Program-made: the position numbers and the translations under genes
Notes under the pieces: generated by a model
Told to the model about the DNA's origin: nothing
What the model saw: the letters and a program-made list of their open reading frames with translations, nothing else
Databases searched by the model: none
NCBI GenBank assembly: GCA_038231135.1
Contig: JBBRLX010000003.1
Coordinates: 32,001 to 96,000 of the forward strand
Direction of reading: 5' to 3'
DNA: 64,000 bases
Origin: Candidatus Eiseniibacteriota bacterium
GTDB taxonomy: Bacteria; Eisenbacteria; RBG-16-71-46
Shown: piece after piece, positions 26,801-34,366 of the stretch
Numbering within the stretch: the stretch's first letter is position 1
Layout: every line of letters starts with the position of its first letter

Positions 26801-28643
26801 CAACGTGTACCGTTCGGCCAGCGCCGCGGGCCCGTTCACCAGGCTGACGCCGATCCCCACCGAGCGCACGTCCTACTACGTCGACGCCAGCCTGGCGACG
26901 CTCACTCGTTACTACTACCAGGTCACCGCGGTCGATTCCTCCGGCAACGAGTCCGACCGGTCGCCGGTCGTGTCCGTCAGCACGAACCCGCCGTACCACA
27001 CGAACTTCCCGTTCCCGATTCCGGCGGCGTCGAATTCGCCGGTGGCCGTGGACCACGTGTGGCCGGGCTATCCGCTGAGCATCGTCACGGGCACAGGCGA
27101 CGTGATCTACGCCTGGAATCCAGATGGCTCGGCGCCGGTCGATGCCGACGGCTCGGGCGCGACCAGCGGTGATTTCACCACCCGCGGCCACAACTACGTC
27201 GCACCGGTTTCGATCGGCGACCTCGATGGCGACGGCTCCAAGGAGATCGTCGCCTCGTCGTGGGACTCGCTGCGCACATACGTGTTCAACAAGAACGGAC
27301 AGGTGGAGCCTGGCTGGCCGGTCGCGACGGCGCAGCCGGTGTGGTCGGCCGCCGCGATCGCGGACCTCGACAACGACGGCAAGAAGGAGATCGTGTTCGG
27401 GTCGAACTACTATTACGTGTACGCGTTCCATTCGGACGGCACCGAGGTGCGCGACGGTGACGCGAACCCGGCGACCGTCGGAGTGTTCAAGTCGATGCCC
27501 GTGCCCTGGAACTTCGCCACGCCCTCGATCGCGGACATCGACGGTGACGGCCGCAAGGAAGTGATCCTGGCCGCGCCGAACGGCACCGTGTTCGCGCTGC
27601 GGTCGGACGGCACGACGCCGGCCGGATGGCCGGTAAACCTGGGATCGACAGGCGGTGTGAACATCACCGGCTCGTCCGCGATCGGCAGCCTCGACGGCAC
27701 TTCGGAGCTATCCATCGTGATCCCCATGCAGCGTGACCCGTCGGGCGCCGACTCGATGTACGTGCTGCGTCCGAACGGGCAGCGCAAGCCGGGCTGGCCG
27801 CAGCCGATTTCGTGTGGTGGCATGAGCCTCGCGCCGTCCCCGGCGCTCGCGGACATGAACAACGACGGCAAGCTCGACGTGGTCTACGCCGGCACCGACG
27901 GCAGGCTCTACGTGTACTCCGGCAACGGAGTGCCGATCGCTCCGCTCAACGGAGTGCGGTTCAGCACCATCGTCCGCTCGTCCGAGGGCGGCGCGACGAC
28001 GTGCAGCCCGGTGGTGGCGGATATCAACGGCGACGGCCTGAACGACGTGGTGATCGGGGACGAGCTCGGGTTCCTCACTGCGATCAGCGGCGACGGCACC
28101 GTGCTGCCCGGGTTCCCGATCCACCTCGGCGCCGAGATCCAGGGCAGCCCGGCGCTGTGCGACCTGGACGGCGACGGCCTGACCGAGATCGTGTTCTCGG
28201 GAATGGACCAGCAGGTCCACGTGTGGGACTACGACTTCCCGTTCTCGCCCAATGGTCCCGCGCCGTGGCCGCAGTTCCACCACGACGCGGCGCGCACCGG
28301 GTTCGCGGGCAGCCCGATATTCACCGGCGTCGGCGACCCGCCGGTGACCCAGGTGCGCACCGTAGAGTTCGCGGCACCCACGCCGAATCCGGCGCCATCG
28401 GCCACGCGGATCGCGTGGGCGGTGCCCGCCGACCGCGTCGGATCTCCGCTCGATATTTCGATCTACGACCTGTCCGGCCGCCGGATCCTCGATCTCGTGC
28501 ACGGCACCGCCACGGCCGGCCGGTACTCGAGGACCTGGGATCTGCGCGACGAGCACGGTGCCCGGGTTCAGGCCGGCGTGTTCTTCGTGAAGATGGCGCT
28601 GGGCGGCGAAGCCCACACGCACAAGCTCGTGATCCTGAACTAG
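23880..28643 (+). CDS. C25 (gingipain-like) cysteine peptidase with Ig/FN3, FG-GAP repeats and FlgD/T9SS-like C-terminal domain
   Basis: Signal peptide, propeptide (PGRPDLP), LADWK..G, WLLLGGD, TDMYYSCLDG, GRAP, catalytic HIGHG and SINC, LLGDPEL; FN3 YYYQVTAVDSSGNES; DLDGDG repeats; PNP..YDLSGR..WD..GVFF. Confidence 0.88.
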   Translation: MIRRNSAVVCAGFLCVSLFAAAVQAATVEREFRYSSDRIHVNAAQGTVDVDLPGATREFRPGRPDLPLVTERVDLPDGMRVTGVRVIELVTAPLGPRVKLASSMVVKPGLGAIARTPPDAQFFSRPGMQPEIPVSLGYQGFQRGQHVALLAVAPVRWNAGTGALEHITRLRVSLTLEPSTEVALRRERIVPEWEDDRLLTAPGRVMPPASLGMRANAVGRIQKPVFAATQLPSLLGSPVAYVIVTSDSMAAQFQRLADWKTQTGVPAVVRTMTTIRQQYPYASDDADRVRQFVRDAYTRWGTKWLLLGGDVDAVPSRTAYTTFYEPGGENIPTDMYYSCLDGNWNADGDSLYGEGYLDATDPGDAADMLPEVYVGRAPVTTSADAKLFVDKTLQYEKTPVGDYENTVLYFAQVLFPENWTPGQFVSLDGAALAEETLPYLRAHGGIHYARLYQNYTDSTWEPGSLPENRTSVLDSLDRGYNMAVHIGHGYRNVMAVGYQQNLVNADALALTNGNRLINLYSINCTSNAIDFPSIGEAFLLAANGGAVTNVGSTRLDFPSAGRSYQKEYFKKVFQDSVTAVGEAAADQKLPFVTYSTSDNVNRWMEFTLILLGDPELRMFTAKPRTLTVTNPASIPISDSTLTVNVKVAGVALKGARVTAYKVNDEYRIGTTDAAGNVVLPFRPDTAGTVTLTVNAYDARPYQVQVPIVAGAQPVMAEGSPVIDDDNLGGTSGNANGLVDAGEVVDLKVQIRNNGSATASGVTGTLSSSDPYVTVIQPTVSYGTVAAGATSAVSVAYRINVPLTTPDDREVSFNLRLADGAGRTWNERISVVSHAPSIRHYSETVIDTGINPNGRPDPGETVQYLVKLRNVGTGVAQSVTAKLRSWNGLASVTDSTATWGTINPGEEKQGDAMVFIPTSTNAILQLLVSDAHGLVFSKLLDLHQPPSPVDLSGLGSTSSIPLTWGHSAVPDLLGYNVYRSASAAGPFTRLTPIPTERTSYYVDASLATLTRYYYQVTAVDSSGNESDRSPVVSVSTNPPYHTNFPFPIPAASNSPVAVDHVWPGYPLSIVTGTGDVIYAWNPDGSAPVDADGSGATSGDFTTRGHNYVAPVSIGDLDGDGSKEIVASSWDSLRTYVFNKNGQVEPGWPVATAQPVWSAAAIADLDNDGKKEIVFGSNYYYVYAFHSDGTEVRDGDANPATVGVFKSMPVPWNFATPSIADIDGDGRKEVILAAPNGTVFALRSDGTTPAGWPVNLGSTGGVNITGSSAIGSLDGTSELSIVIPMQRDPSGADSMYVLRPNGQRKPGWPQPISCGGMSLAPSPALADMNNDGKLDVVYAGTDGRLYVYSGNGVPIAPLNGVRFSTIVRSSEGGATTCSPVVADINGDGLNDVVIGDELGFLTAISGDGTVLPGFPIHLGAEIQGSPALCDLDGDGLTEIVFSGMDQQVHVWDYDFPFSPNGPAPWPQFHHDAARTGFAGSPIFTGVGDPPVTQVRTVEFAAPTPNPAPSATRIAWAVPADRVGSPLDISIYDLSGRRILDLVHGTATAGRYSRTWDLRDEHGARVQAGVFFVKMALGGEAHTHKLVILN

Positions 28644-28749
28644 CCGCATTCGCGCGGGCACCCCGCCTGCGCTAGATTCCGCTGGCTTCGGACGCCGTGT
28701 CCTTCGGGGCGCGGCGTTCGTATTTGAATCGCCAGGGGACGAGGACTTC

Positions 28750-30222
28750 ATGAGCGTACGCGTTCGATTCGCACCGAGCCCCACCGGCTACCTGCACGTG
28801 GGCGGCGCCCGCACGGCGCTCTACAACCTGCTGTTCGCGCGCCGGAACGGCGGCACGTTCGTGCTGCGCATCGAGGACACCGACGCGGCGCGCTCGACCG
28901 ACGATTCGGTGACGGCGATCTTCGACAGCCTGCGCTGGCTGGGGCTCGAATGGGACGAGGGCCCGGGCATCGGCGGGCCGCACGGCCCGTACTTCCAGTC
29001 CGAGCGGCGCGAGATCTACGGTCGCCACGCTCAGACGCTGCTCGCCGCGGGCCGGGCGTACCCGTGCTTCTGCACCCCCGAGGAGCTCGAAACGCGGCGC
29101 TCCGCGATGGCCGCGCGCGGCGAGGCGCCGCGCTACGATGGCCGCTGCCGCCGGCTCACCACGGCCGAGCGCGAGCGGTTCACGGCGGAGGGCCGTCCGG
29201 CAGCGCTGCGGTTTGCGCTCGATCCCGCGGGCGAATCCGCGTGGGACGATCGTGTCCGCGGTCGCGTGGTGTTCCAGAACGAGGTGCTCGACGACTTCGT
29301 GCTGGTGCGGTCCGACGGGCTGCCGACCTACAACTTCGCGTGCGTGGTCGACGACGGCTCGATGGAGATCACCGACGTGATCCGCGGCGACGATCACATC
29401 TCGAACACGCCGCGCCAGCTGTTGATCTACCTGGCACTCGGCTGGACGCCGCCGCGGTTCGCGCACGTGCCGATGATCCTGGGCGAGGACGGCACGCGGC
29501 TGTCGAAGCGTCACGGCGCGACCGCGGTCGGCGCCTGGCGCGAGCTCGGCTATCTGCCCGAGGCGCTCGACAACTTTCTCGCGCTGCTGGGCTGGTCGTA
29601 CGACGGCCGCACCGAGCTGTTCTCGCTTGCCGAGCTCGAGGAGAAGTTCGACCTCGATCGCGTCGGCGCGAATCCCGCGGTGTTCAACACCGAGAAGCTC
29701 GAATGGATGAACGGCCAGCACCTGAAGCGCCTCGACGAGGCCGCGCGGGTGCAGCTCGTGCGCGACTATCTCGCGCATCACGGCCGCGACCTGGCGGGCC
29801 GCGACCCGGAATGGCTCGCGACGCTGGTGCGCGCGATCGGCGACCGGCTGAAGACGCTCGCCGACGCCGAGCGCTACGGGAAATTCGCGTTCGACCTGGA
29901 GCTCGACATGGATTCGCAGGCCTGGTCGGAACTGCTCGAGCGGCCGCAGGCGGGCGAACGGCTGACCGCGCTCGCAGCCCGGCTCGAGGCCGACACCGAG
30001 TTCTCGCTCGCGAGCCTCGAGCGCGAGACGCGGGCGCTGGCGGCGGAGTCCGGTATCAAGGCGGGCGAGTTGATCGGCATCGCGCGCGTGGCGCTCACCG
30101 GGCACAAGGTGAGCCCGGGCATCTTCGACGTGATGTGGCTGCTGGGGCGGGAGCGGGCGGTGGCGCGGCTGCGGGATGCCGCGGCGCGCTGGCAGCGGGA
30201 GCACGCCGCCGAACGGGTTTGA
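28750..30222 (+). CDS. gltX: Glutamate--tRNA ligase
   Basis: RFAPSPTGYLHVGG, RIEDTD, IRGDDH, RLSKR (KMSKS-like). Confidence 0.96.
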   Translation: MSVRVRFAPSPTGYLHVGGARTALYNLLFARRNGGTFVLRIEDTDAARSTDDSVTAIFDSLRWLGLEWDEGPGIGGPHGPYFQSERREIYGRHAQTLLAAGRAYPCFCTPEELETRRSAMAARGEAPRYDGRCRRLTTAERERFTAEGRPAALRFALDPAGESAWDDRVRGRVVFQNEVLDDFVLVRSDGLPTYNFACVVDDGSMEITDVIRGDDHISNTPRQLLIYLALGWTPPRFAHVPMILGEDGTRLSKRHGATAVGAWRELGYLPEALDNFLALLGWSYDGRTELFSLAELEEKFDLDRVGANPAVFNTEKLEWMNGQHLKRLDEAARVQLVRDYLAHHGRDLAGRDPEWLATLVRAIGDRLKTLADAERYGKFAFDLELDMDSQAWSELLERPQAGERLTALAARLEADTEFSLASLERETRALAAESGIKAGELIGIARVALTGHKVSPGIFDVMWLLGRERAVARLRDAAARWQREHAAERV

Positions 30223-30296
30223 ACGGAGGCGCCACGACGGGTCTCCGCCTGCGTGCGCGGCGCGGCCGTCGTCCGAACGCGAGCCGTGGACGGAAC

Positions 30297-30326
30297 TTGC
30301 CCCGAGCGTCGCGGCTCTGCTAGCTT
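30297..30326 (+). promoter_or_regulatory. Candidate sigma70 promoter for tRNA-Gln
   Basis: TTGCCC-N18-TAGCTT ending about 15 nt before the tRNA. Confidence 0.45.
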
Positions 30327-30341
30327 CACCGGCCGCTCTGC

Positions 30342-30415
30342 TGCCCGGTGGTGTAACGGTAGCACGGCTGGCTCTGGACCAGTTAGTCGAGGTTCGAATC
30401 CTTGCCGGGCAGCCA
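30342..30415 (+). tRNA. tRNA-Gln(CTG)
   Basis: Acceptor stem TGCCCGG/CCGGGCA, anticodon arm GCTGG-CT-CTG-GA-CCAGT, GGTTCGAATCC T-arm, encoded CCA. Confidence 0.96.
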
Positions 30416-30422
30416 ATTCGTT

Positions 30423-30454
30423 CGCGCCCCGGACCTGCACAGGGTCCGGGGCGC
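30423..30454 (+). terminator. GC-rich hairpin after tRNA-Gln (possible terminator)
   Basis: CGCGCCCCGGACC pairs with GGTCCGGGGCGCG; no U-tract follows. Confidence 0.45.
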
Positions 30455-30646
30455 GCGCATTAAAGCCGGGTCACGGGTGGAAGGGGCTCCGTCCCTCTGG
30501 TGTCGCCACCGAGCCGTTCCAACCCTCGATCGACCCTGCACGGCTCGCCGCGCGGCGCCGGGCGATATTCGTCGCCGGCCGCTCGACCGCGGCGCGAACC
30601 CTTCGATTCCGGGACGGTCGTGAGATACCATCATGATCACGGCCCG

Positions 30647-31411
30647 ATGCGGGGCCCGGCGCTGCTCAGACATCCCGGGAGACTCCTCTTGCGCCTCGTC
30701 GACTTCGATCGCAACACCACCCGGTTCGGAATCCGGGTCCCTGGCGTTCCGGAACCGCACACGCCGCGACGCCGCTCCGCGTTTTCGCCGCGGTGGGCCG
30801 CTGCCGCGTGCATCGTCGCCGCGTGCGCCCTGAGTCCGTCGCACGCGCACGCCACGGTGCGGCCGCCGGCGGACTCGCTGCGGGTGCGATTCGACTGGAT
30901 CGATCAGGGCGGATCGCCGTGGCTCGCGCGGGTGCGTGCCCTGCGTTATACCACCAGCGGCAGCGCGCCCGGCACCACGGTGTTCACCGCGCTCGCCCTG
31001 CGACTGGCGGATTCGCTGGCGGTCGCCGGCGCCGACAGCGCGCTAGTCGTGCTGCCCGGCACTCGGATTCCTGCGCCCGGCTATCCCGTGCTGCTGCCCG
31101 ATGCGCCCACCGCGACCGCATTTCGCAATCAGGCCGGCGCCCCGGCGGGCGGATTCTGGCTCGGCGCCCGCGCCACCGCGCGCACCGCGATCGTATTGCC
31201 GAACGAGCCCGTCGACATCCTGTGGTTCGTGCGCGTGATCCCGGACAGCACCGGTACTGCGGCGCCGATTGCGCTGCGCGGCGCCACGTTCGGCAGCGCG
31301 ACCGCCAACGGCGCGGGCGCTCCGACCGGAAATGTGGCGTTCAAAACGGTCTCGAAGCTCGGCGTTTCGAGTCCGCGCGGAGGGGGTGGCCCCCATGCGA
31401 TCGATCCCTGA
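30647..31411 (+). CDS. Hypothetical secreted protein
   Basis: Signal-peptide-like AAAACIVAACALSPSHAHA; stop overlaps the next gene; start uncertain. Confidence 0.5.
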   Translation: MRGPALLRHPGRLLLRLVDFDRNTTRFGIRVPGVPEPHTPRRRSAFSPRWAAAACIVAACALSPSHAHATVRPPADSLRVRFDWIDQGGSPWLARVRALRYTTSGSAPGTTVFTALALRLADSLAVAGADSALVVLPGTRIPAPGYPVLLPDAPTATAFRNQAGAPAGGFWLGARATARTAIVLPNEPVDILWFVRVIPDSTGTAAPIALRGATFGSATANGAGAPTGNVAFKTVSKLGVSSPRGGGGPHAIDP

Positions 31412-33077
31412 GTTGCGGTGGTCACTGCTCGCGGTCGCGATCGCGGCGCTGCTACCGGCCGCGCGCGCGGCCGCCGGGTTCGTGCCGCGCTGGACCGCCG
31501 AGTCCGACTTCGCCGGCGCGCGCTACGGCACCGTGGTGGCATCGGCGGGCGACGTGAACGGTGACGGTCTGTTCGACATGCTGGTCGGTGCGCCTTACGC
31601 CGCTGGCACGCAACCCGAGCAGGGCAAGGTGTACCTCTACCTCGGCACGCCATCGGGCCCGTCCGCGACGCCGTCGTGGATCGGCACCGTGAACCAGGGG
31701 GGTGCGCTGTTCGGCTACGCGGTCACGGGCGCCGGGGACGTCAACGGCGACGGTTACGACGACATCGCGGTGGGCGCGCCGCTGTGGGACGGCGGCCAGA
31801 CGGACGAGGGCGCGGTATTCATCTATTACGGGTCCGACACAGGTCTCGTGTCGACGCCCGCGATGGTGCTCGAGAGCAACAGCGTGGGAGCGCTATTTGG
31901 CGCAGCGCTCGCGGGGTTCGGCGACGTGAACTTCGACGGTTTCAACGACCTGCTGGTGGGGGCGCCGCAGTATACGAACGGTCAGACCCGCGAAGGCCGG
32001 GTGTACGTGTTTCAGGGCTCGGACACCGGGCTCCAGTCCACTCCGCTATGGACGCTCGAGAGCAACGTCGCCGAGGCTCAGTTCGGCCACACCGTGGCGT
32101 TCGTGGATCCGAACACCGATTTCGATTCCGACGTGGCGGTTGGTTCGCCGTACATGGGCTCGGCAACGTCCCGCGACCGCGGCCGCGCCGATGTATACCT
32201 GTCGAACGGGACCACCCTCGCCAACACGCCGGCATGGAGCGTCACCGGTCCCACCGGTTCGCGGTTCGGCTCGGCGATCTCCGGCGCGGACGATTTCAAC
32301 GGTGACGGTTACAACGACGTCGTGGTCGGCGCCCCCGGCTGGACCCGGTTCGAGAACTGGGAGGGCGCGGCGCGGGTGTACCTGGGCGGAGCTTCCGGCC
32401 TGACGGCCGTGCCGAGTTGGACGTTCGAAGGCCGCCGCGCCGAGACCGGGTTCGGGAGCTCGGTGTTGCTCATGTCGGATGCCAACGGCGATGGCTTCGC
32501 CGAAACAGTGATCGGCGCGCCGGGATGGGACACCGAGCGACCGAATGCCGGCCGGATCTTCATCAAGTACGGCACCGAAGGCGCGTCCACCGATGGCGAT
32601 GAGAGCGCCCCGCCCATGGCCGAGCAGATCGATGGAGTGGAACCGGGAGCCACGCTGGGCAGCTCGATCGCAGAACTCGACCTCAACAACGACCTGATCA
32701 ACGAATTGCTGGCCGGCTCCCCCGCGCACACCGGCGGACAGCGCGCCGAAGGCGGCGCGACCTGGTACACGTACAGCACGATCGTCACCGGCGTCGGCAG
32801 CCCTTCGGATCACGGCCTCGTGATCGAGGCTGTCCGCCCCAATCCCGTGCGGCTCGGGATCGACGTGTGGTTCACGCTGCCTGCCGCCGGCCCGGCCATG
32901 CTCGAGCTGCTGGACATCGCCGGACGTCGAGTGGCGTCGCACGACCTCGCCACCTTCGGCCCCGGCCGCCACCACGTGCAACTCGCGGACGCCCGCACGC
33001 TCGCGCCCGGCCTCTACCTCGCGCGGCTCGGCCAGGGCCGCGGCGTGGTGAACGCGAAACTCGCAGTGATTCGGTGA
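31395..33077 (+). CDS. Integrin-alpha/FG-GAP repeat secreted protein with T9SS/FlgD-like C-terminal domain
   Basis: Signal peptide; repeated FG...AGDVNGDGYDD.VGAP..G.VY; C-terminal PNP..LDIAGRR..PGLY..KLAVIR. Confidence 0.88.
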   Translation: MRSIPELRWSLLAVAIAALLPAARAAAGFVPRWTAESDFAGARYGTVVASAGDVNGDGLFDMLVGAPYAAGTQPEQGKVYLYLGTPSGPSATPSWIGTVNQGGALFGYAVTGAGDVNGDGYDDIAVGAPLWDGGQTDEGAVFIYYGSDTGLVSTPAMVLESNSVGALFGAALAGFGDVNFDGFNDLLVGAPQYTNGQTREGRVYVFQGSDTGLQSTPLWTLESNVAEAQFGHTVAFVDPNTDFDSDVAVGSPYMGSATSRDRGRADVYLSNGTTLANTPAWSVTGPTGSRFGSAISGADDFNGDGYNDVVVGAPGWTRFENWEGAARVYLGGASGLTAVPSWTFEGRRAETGFGSSVLLMSDANGDGFAETVIGAPGWDTERPNAGRIFIKYGTEGASTDGDESAPPMAEQIDGVEPGATLGSSIAELDLNNDLINELLAGSPAHTGGQRAEGGATWYTYSTIVTGVGSPSDHGLVIEAVRPNPVRLGIDVWFTLPAAGPAMLELLDIAGRRVASHDLATFGPGRHHVQLADARTLAPGLYLARLGQGRGVVNAKLAVIR

Positions 33078-33084
33078 CGATCGC

Positions 33085-33114
33085 TTGACCGCCCGAGCGC
33101 CACTCCGCTAGGTT
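33085..33114 (+). promoter_or_regulatory. Candidate sigma70 promoter for tRNA-Glu
   Basis: TTGACC-N18-TAGGTT. Confidence 0.5.
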
Positions 33115-33152
33115 TTCCGCCGCTCGGTGTGCGTCCTCCGCCGATGCTCCGT

Positions 33153-33228
33153 GGCGCTATCGTCTAGGGGTCTAGGACAGATGGTTCTCAGCCATCAGAC
33201 CGGGGTTCGAATCCCCGTAGCGCTACCA
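33153..33228 (+). tRNA. tRNA-Glu(CTC)
   Basis: Acceptor stem GGCGCTA/TAGCGCT, anticodon arm GATGG-TT-CTC-AG-CCATC, GGTTCGAATCC, encoded CCA. Confidence 0.96.
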
Positions 33229-33259
33229 ATTTCGCAGCGACTTAGGGGCGTCTGACGCC

Positions 33260-33823
33260 TCAGGCACCGGTGGTGCCATAAATGGTGCCATTAATCCGCG
33301 CCGCTTCGGCCGCGACCACCCATGGACGCAACCGGCCGTAGCGCTCGGTCAGCTTGATTGTCGAGTGCCCGAGAATGCGCTGAAGTGCTTCCAGCGAGCC
33401 CCCGTGTTCGAGGAATCTGGTTGCGAACGTGTGGCGCAGTCGATGCGGCGTGAAATCCTTCACCCATGAATTGCGGATGACGAAGCGCCGGATCCACGAA
33501 GTCGTCTCGGGCAGCCAGCCGAAGATGAGTGCGTCCTTATCGGCCGGCCGCTTCAGGGAATCCAACACCGCCGCGGCTTCGAACATCAATGGTACCTCGC
33601 GCATCTTCCGGCTCTTCGTCGGACCATCGTGCGACTTGGATACCAGCAGGTGTGGGTAGGGCGTTTCCCGGCGACCCTTCCAGGCAAGGCCGCGTATCTC
33701 GCCCCATCCAAGGCCGGTCGCGACCGCCAGGATGAACACGGGCTTTCATTGTTCGGGTGTCACCCGGACGACTTCGGCCAGTTCAAGATCAGTAAGCGAG
33801 AGTCTGGTGCCTGCTCGGGGAGA
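33260..33823 (-). pseudogene. Tyrosine integrase remnant (C-terminal half)
   Basis: HRLRHTFA, LGHS and TERY are kept; the box I Arg reads Gly (TGLGWGE); in-frame TGA at 33746-33748; 5' end cut at the IS3 end. Confidence 0.88.
33271..33291. repeat. Tandem TGGTGCCAT repeat (possible integrase arm-type sites)
   Basis: TGGTGCCAT at 33271 and 33283 (12-bp period), about 45 bp from the tRNA 3' end. Confidence 0.5.
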
Positions 33824-34189
33824 TGCTCTGACCCCCAATTCGCCGAGACACCTTCACGAGGTAGCATCAAACCATCGAGGAGGTTGTCATGGACCACGTG
33901 GCACGGGGTTCGGATGGGCGCCGATTGTTCACGCCGGAGTTCAAGCGTGAGCAGGTCGCTCGGCTGGTTCGCGGTGAACTGACGCTCACGGAACTCAGCC
34001 GCGAGTTGGAGATCTCGCGCAGTGTCCTGCAGCGCTGGAAGCACCTGATCGCCCAGGGCGGCGAGACCGCGGTGGCCGCGAACGAGGACGTAATCCCAGC
34101 GAGCGAGCTGCGGGCAGCCCAGCAGAAGATCGGCGCGAACAGAGGTCAATAGCGGTCACCGGGTGTCTCACGAAATAGGGGTCAGAGCG
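33824..34189 (+). mobile_element. Internally deleted IS3-family element (orfA only)
   Basis: Terminal IRs TGCTCTGACCCCCAATTCGCCGAGACACC and reverse complement CGCTCTGACCCCTATTTCGTGAGACACC; no DDE orfB between them. Confidence 0.85.
33889..34152 (+). CDS. IS3-family transposase OrfA (HTH), truncated
   Basis: RRLFTPEFKREQV...LSRELEISRSVLQRW; GAGGAGG RBS. Confidence 0.82.
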   Translation: MDHVARGSDGRRLFTPEFKREQVARLVRGELTLTELSRELEISRSVLQRWKHLIAQGGETAVAANEDVIPASELRAAQQKIGANRGQ

Positions 34190-34366
34190 CGGTGGCGGAA
34201 GCGCCGGACGCCGACACCTCCTCCTGAGATCGATCCTGCTTCGGCACCGTGAACCGGACACGGTCCCTACGGCGGTGTGCAGCGGACAACGCGTCCTGCC
34301 GATAACAAGGTGTTGGGCACGACGCGCGTGTCCACGCGGCAAGATCACCAGAGTCCTGGAGGCTTG

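Noticed and set aside
30475..30525. Imperfect inverted repeat downstream of tRNA-Gln
   Set aside because: Several mismatches in GC-rich DNA; could be chance
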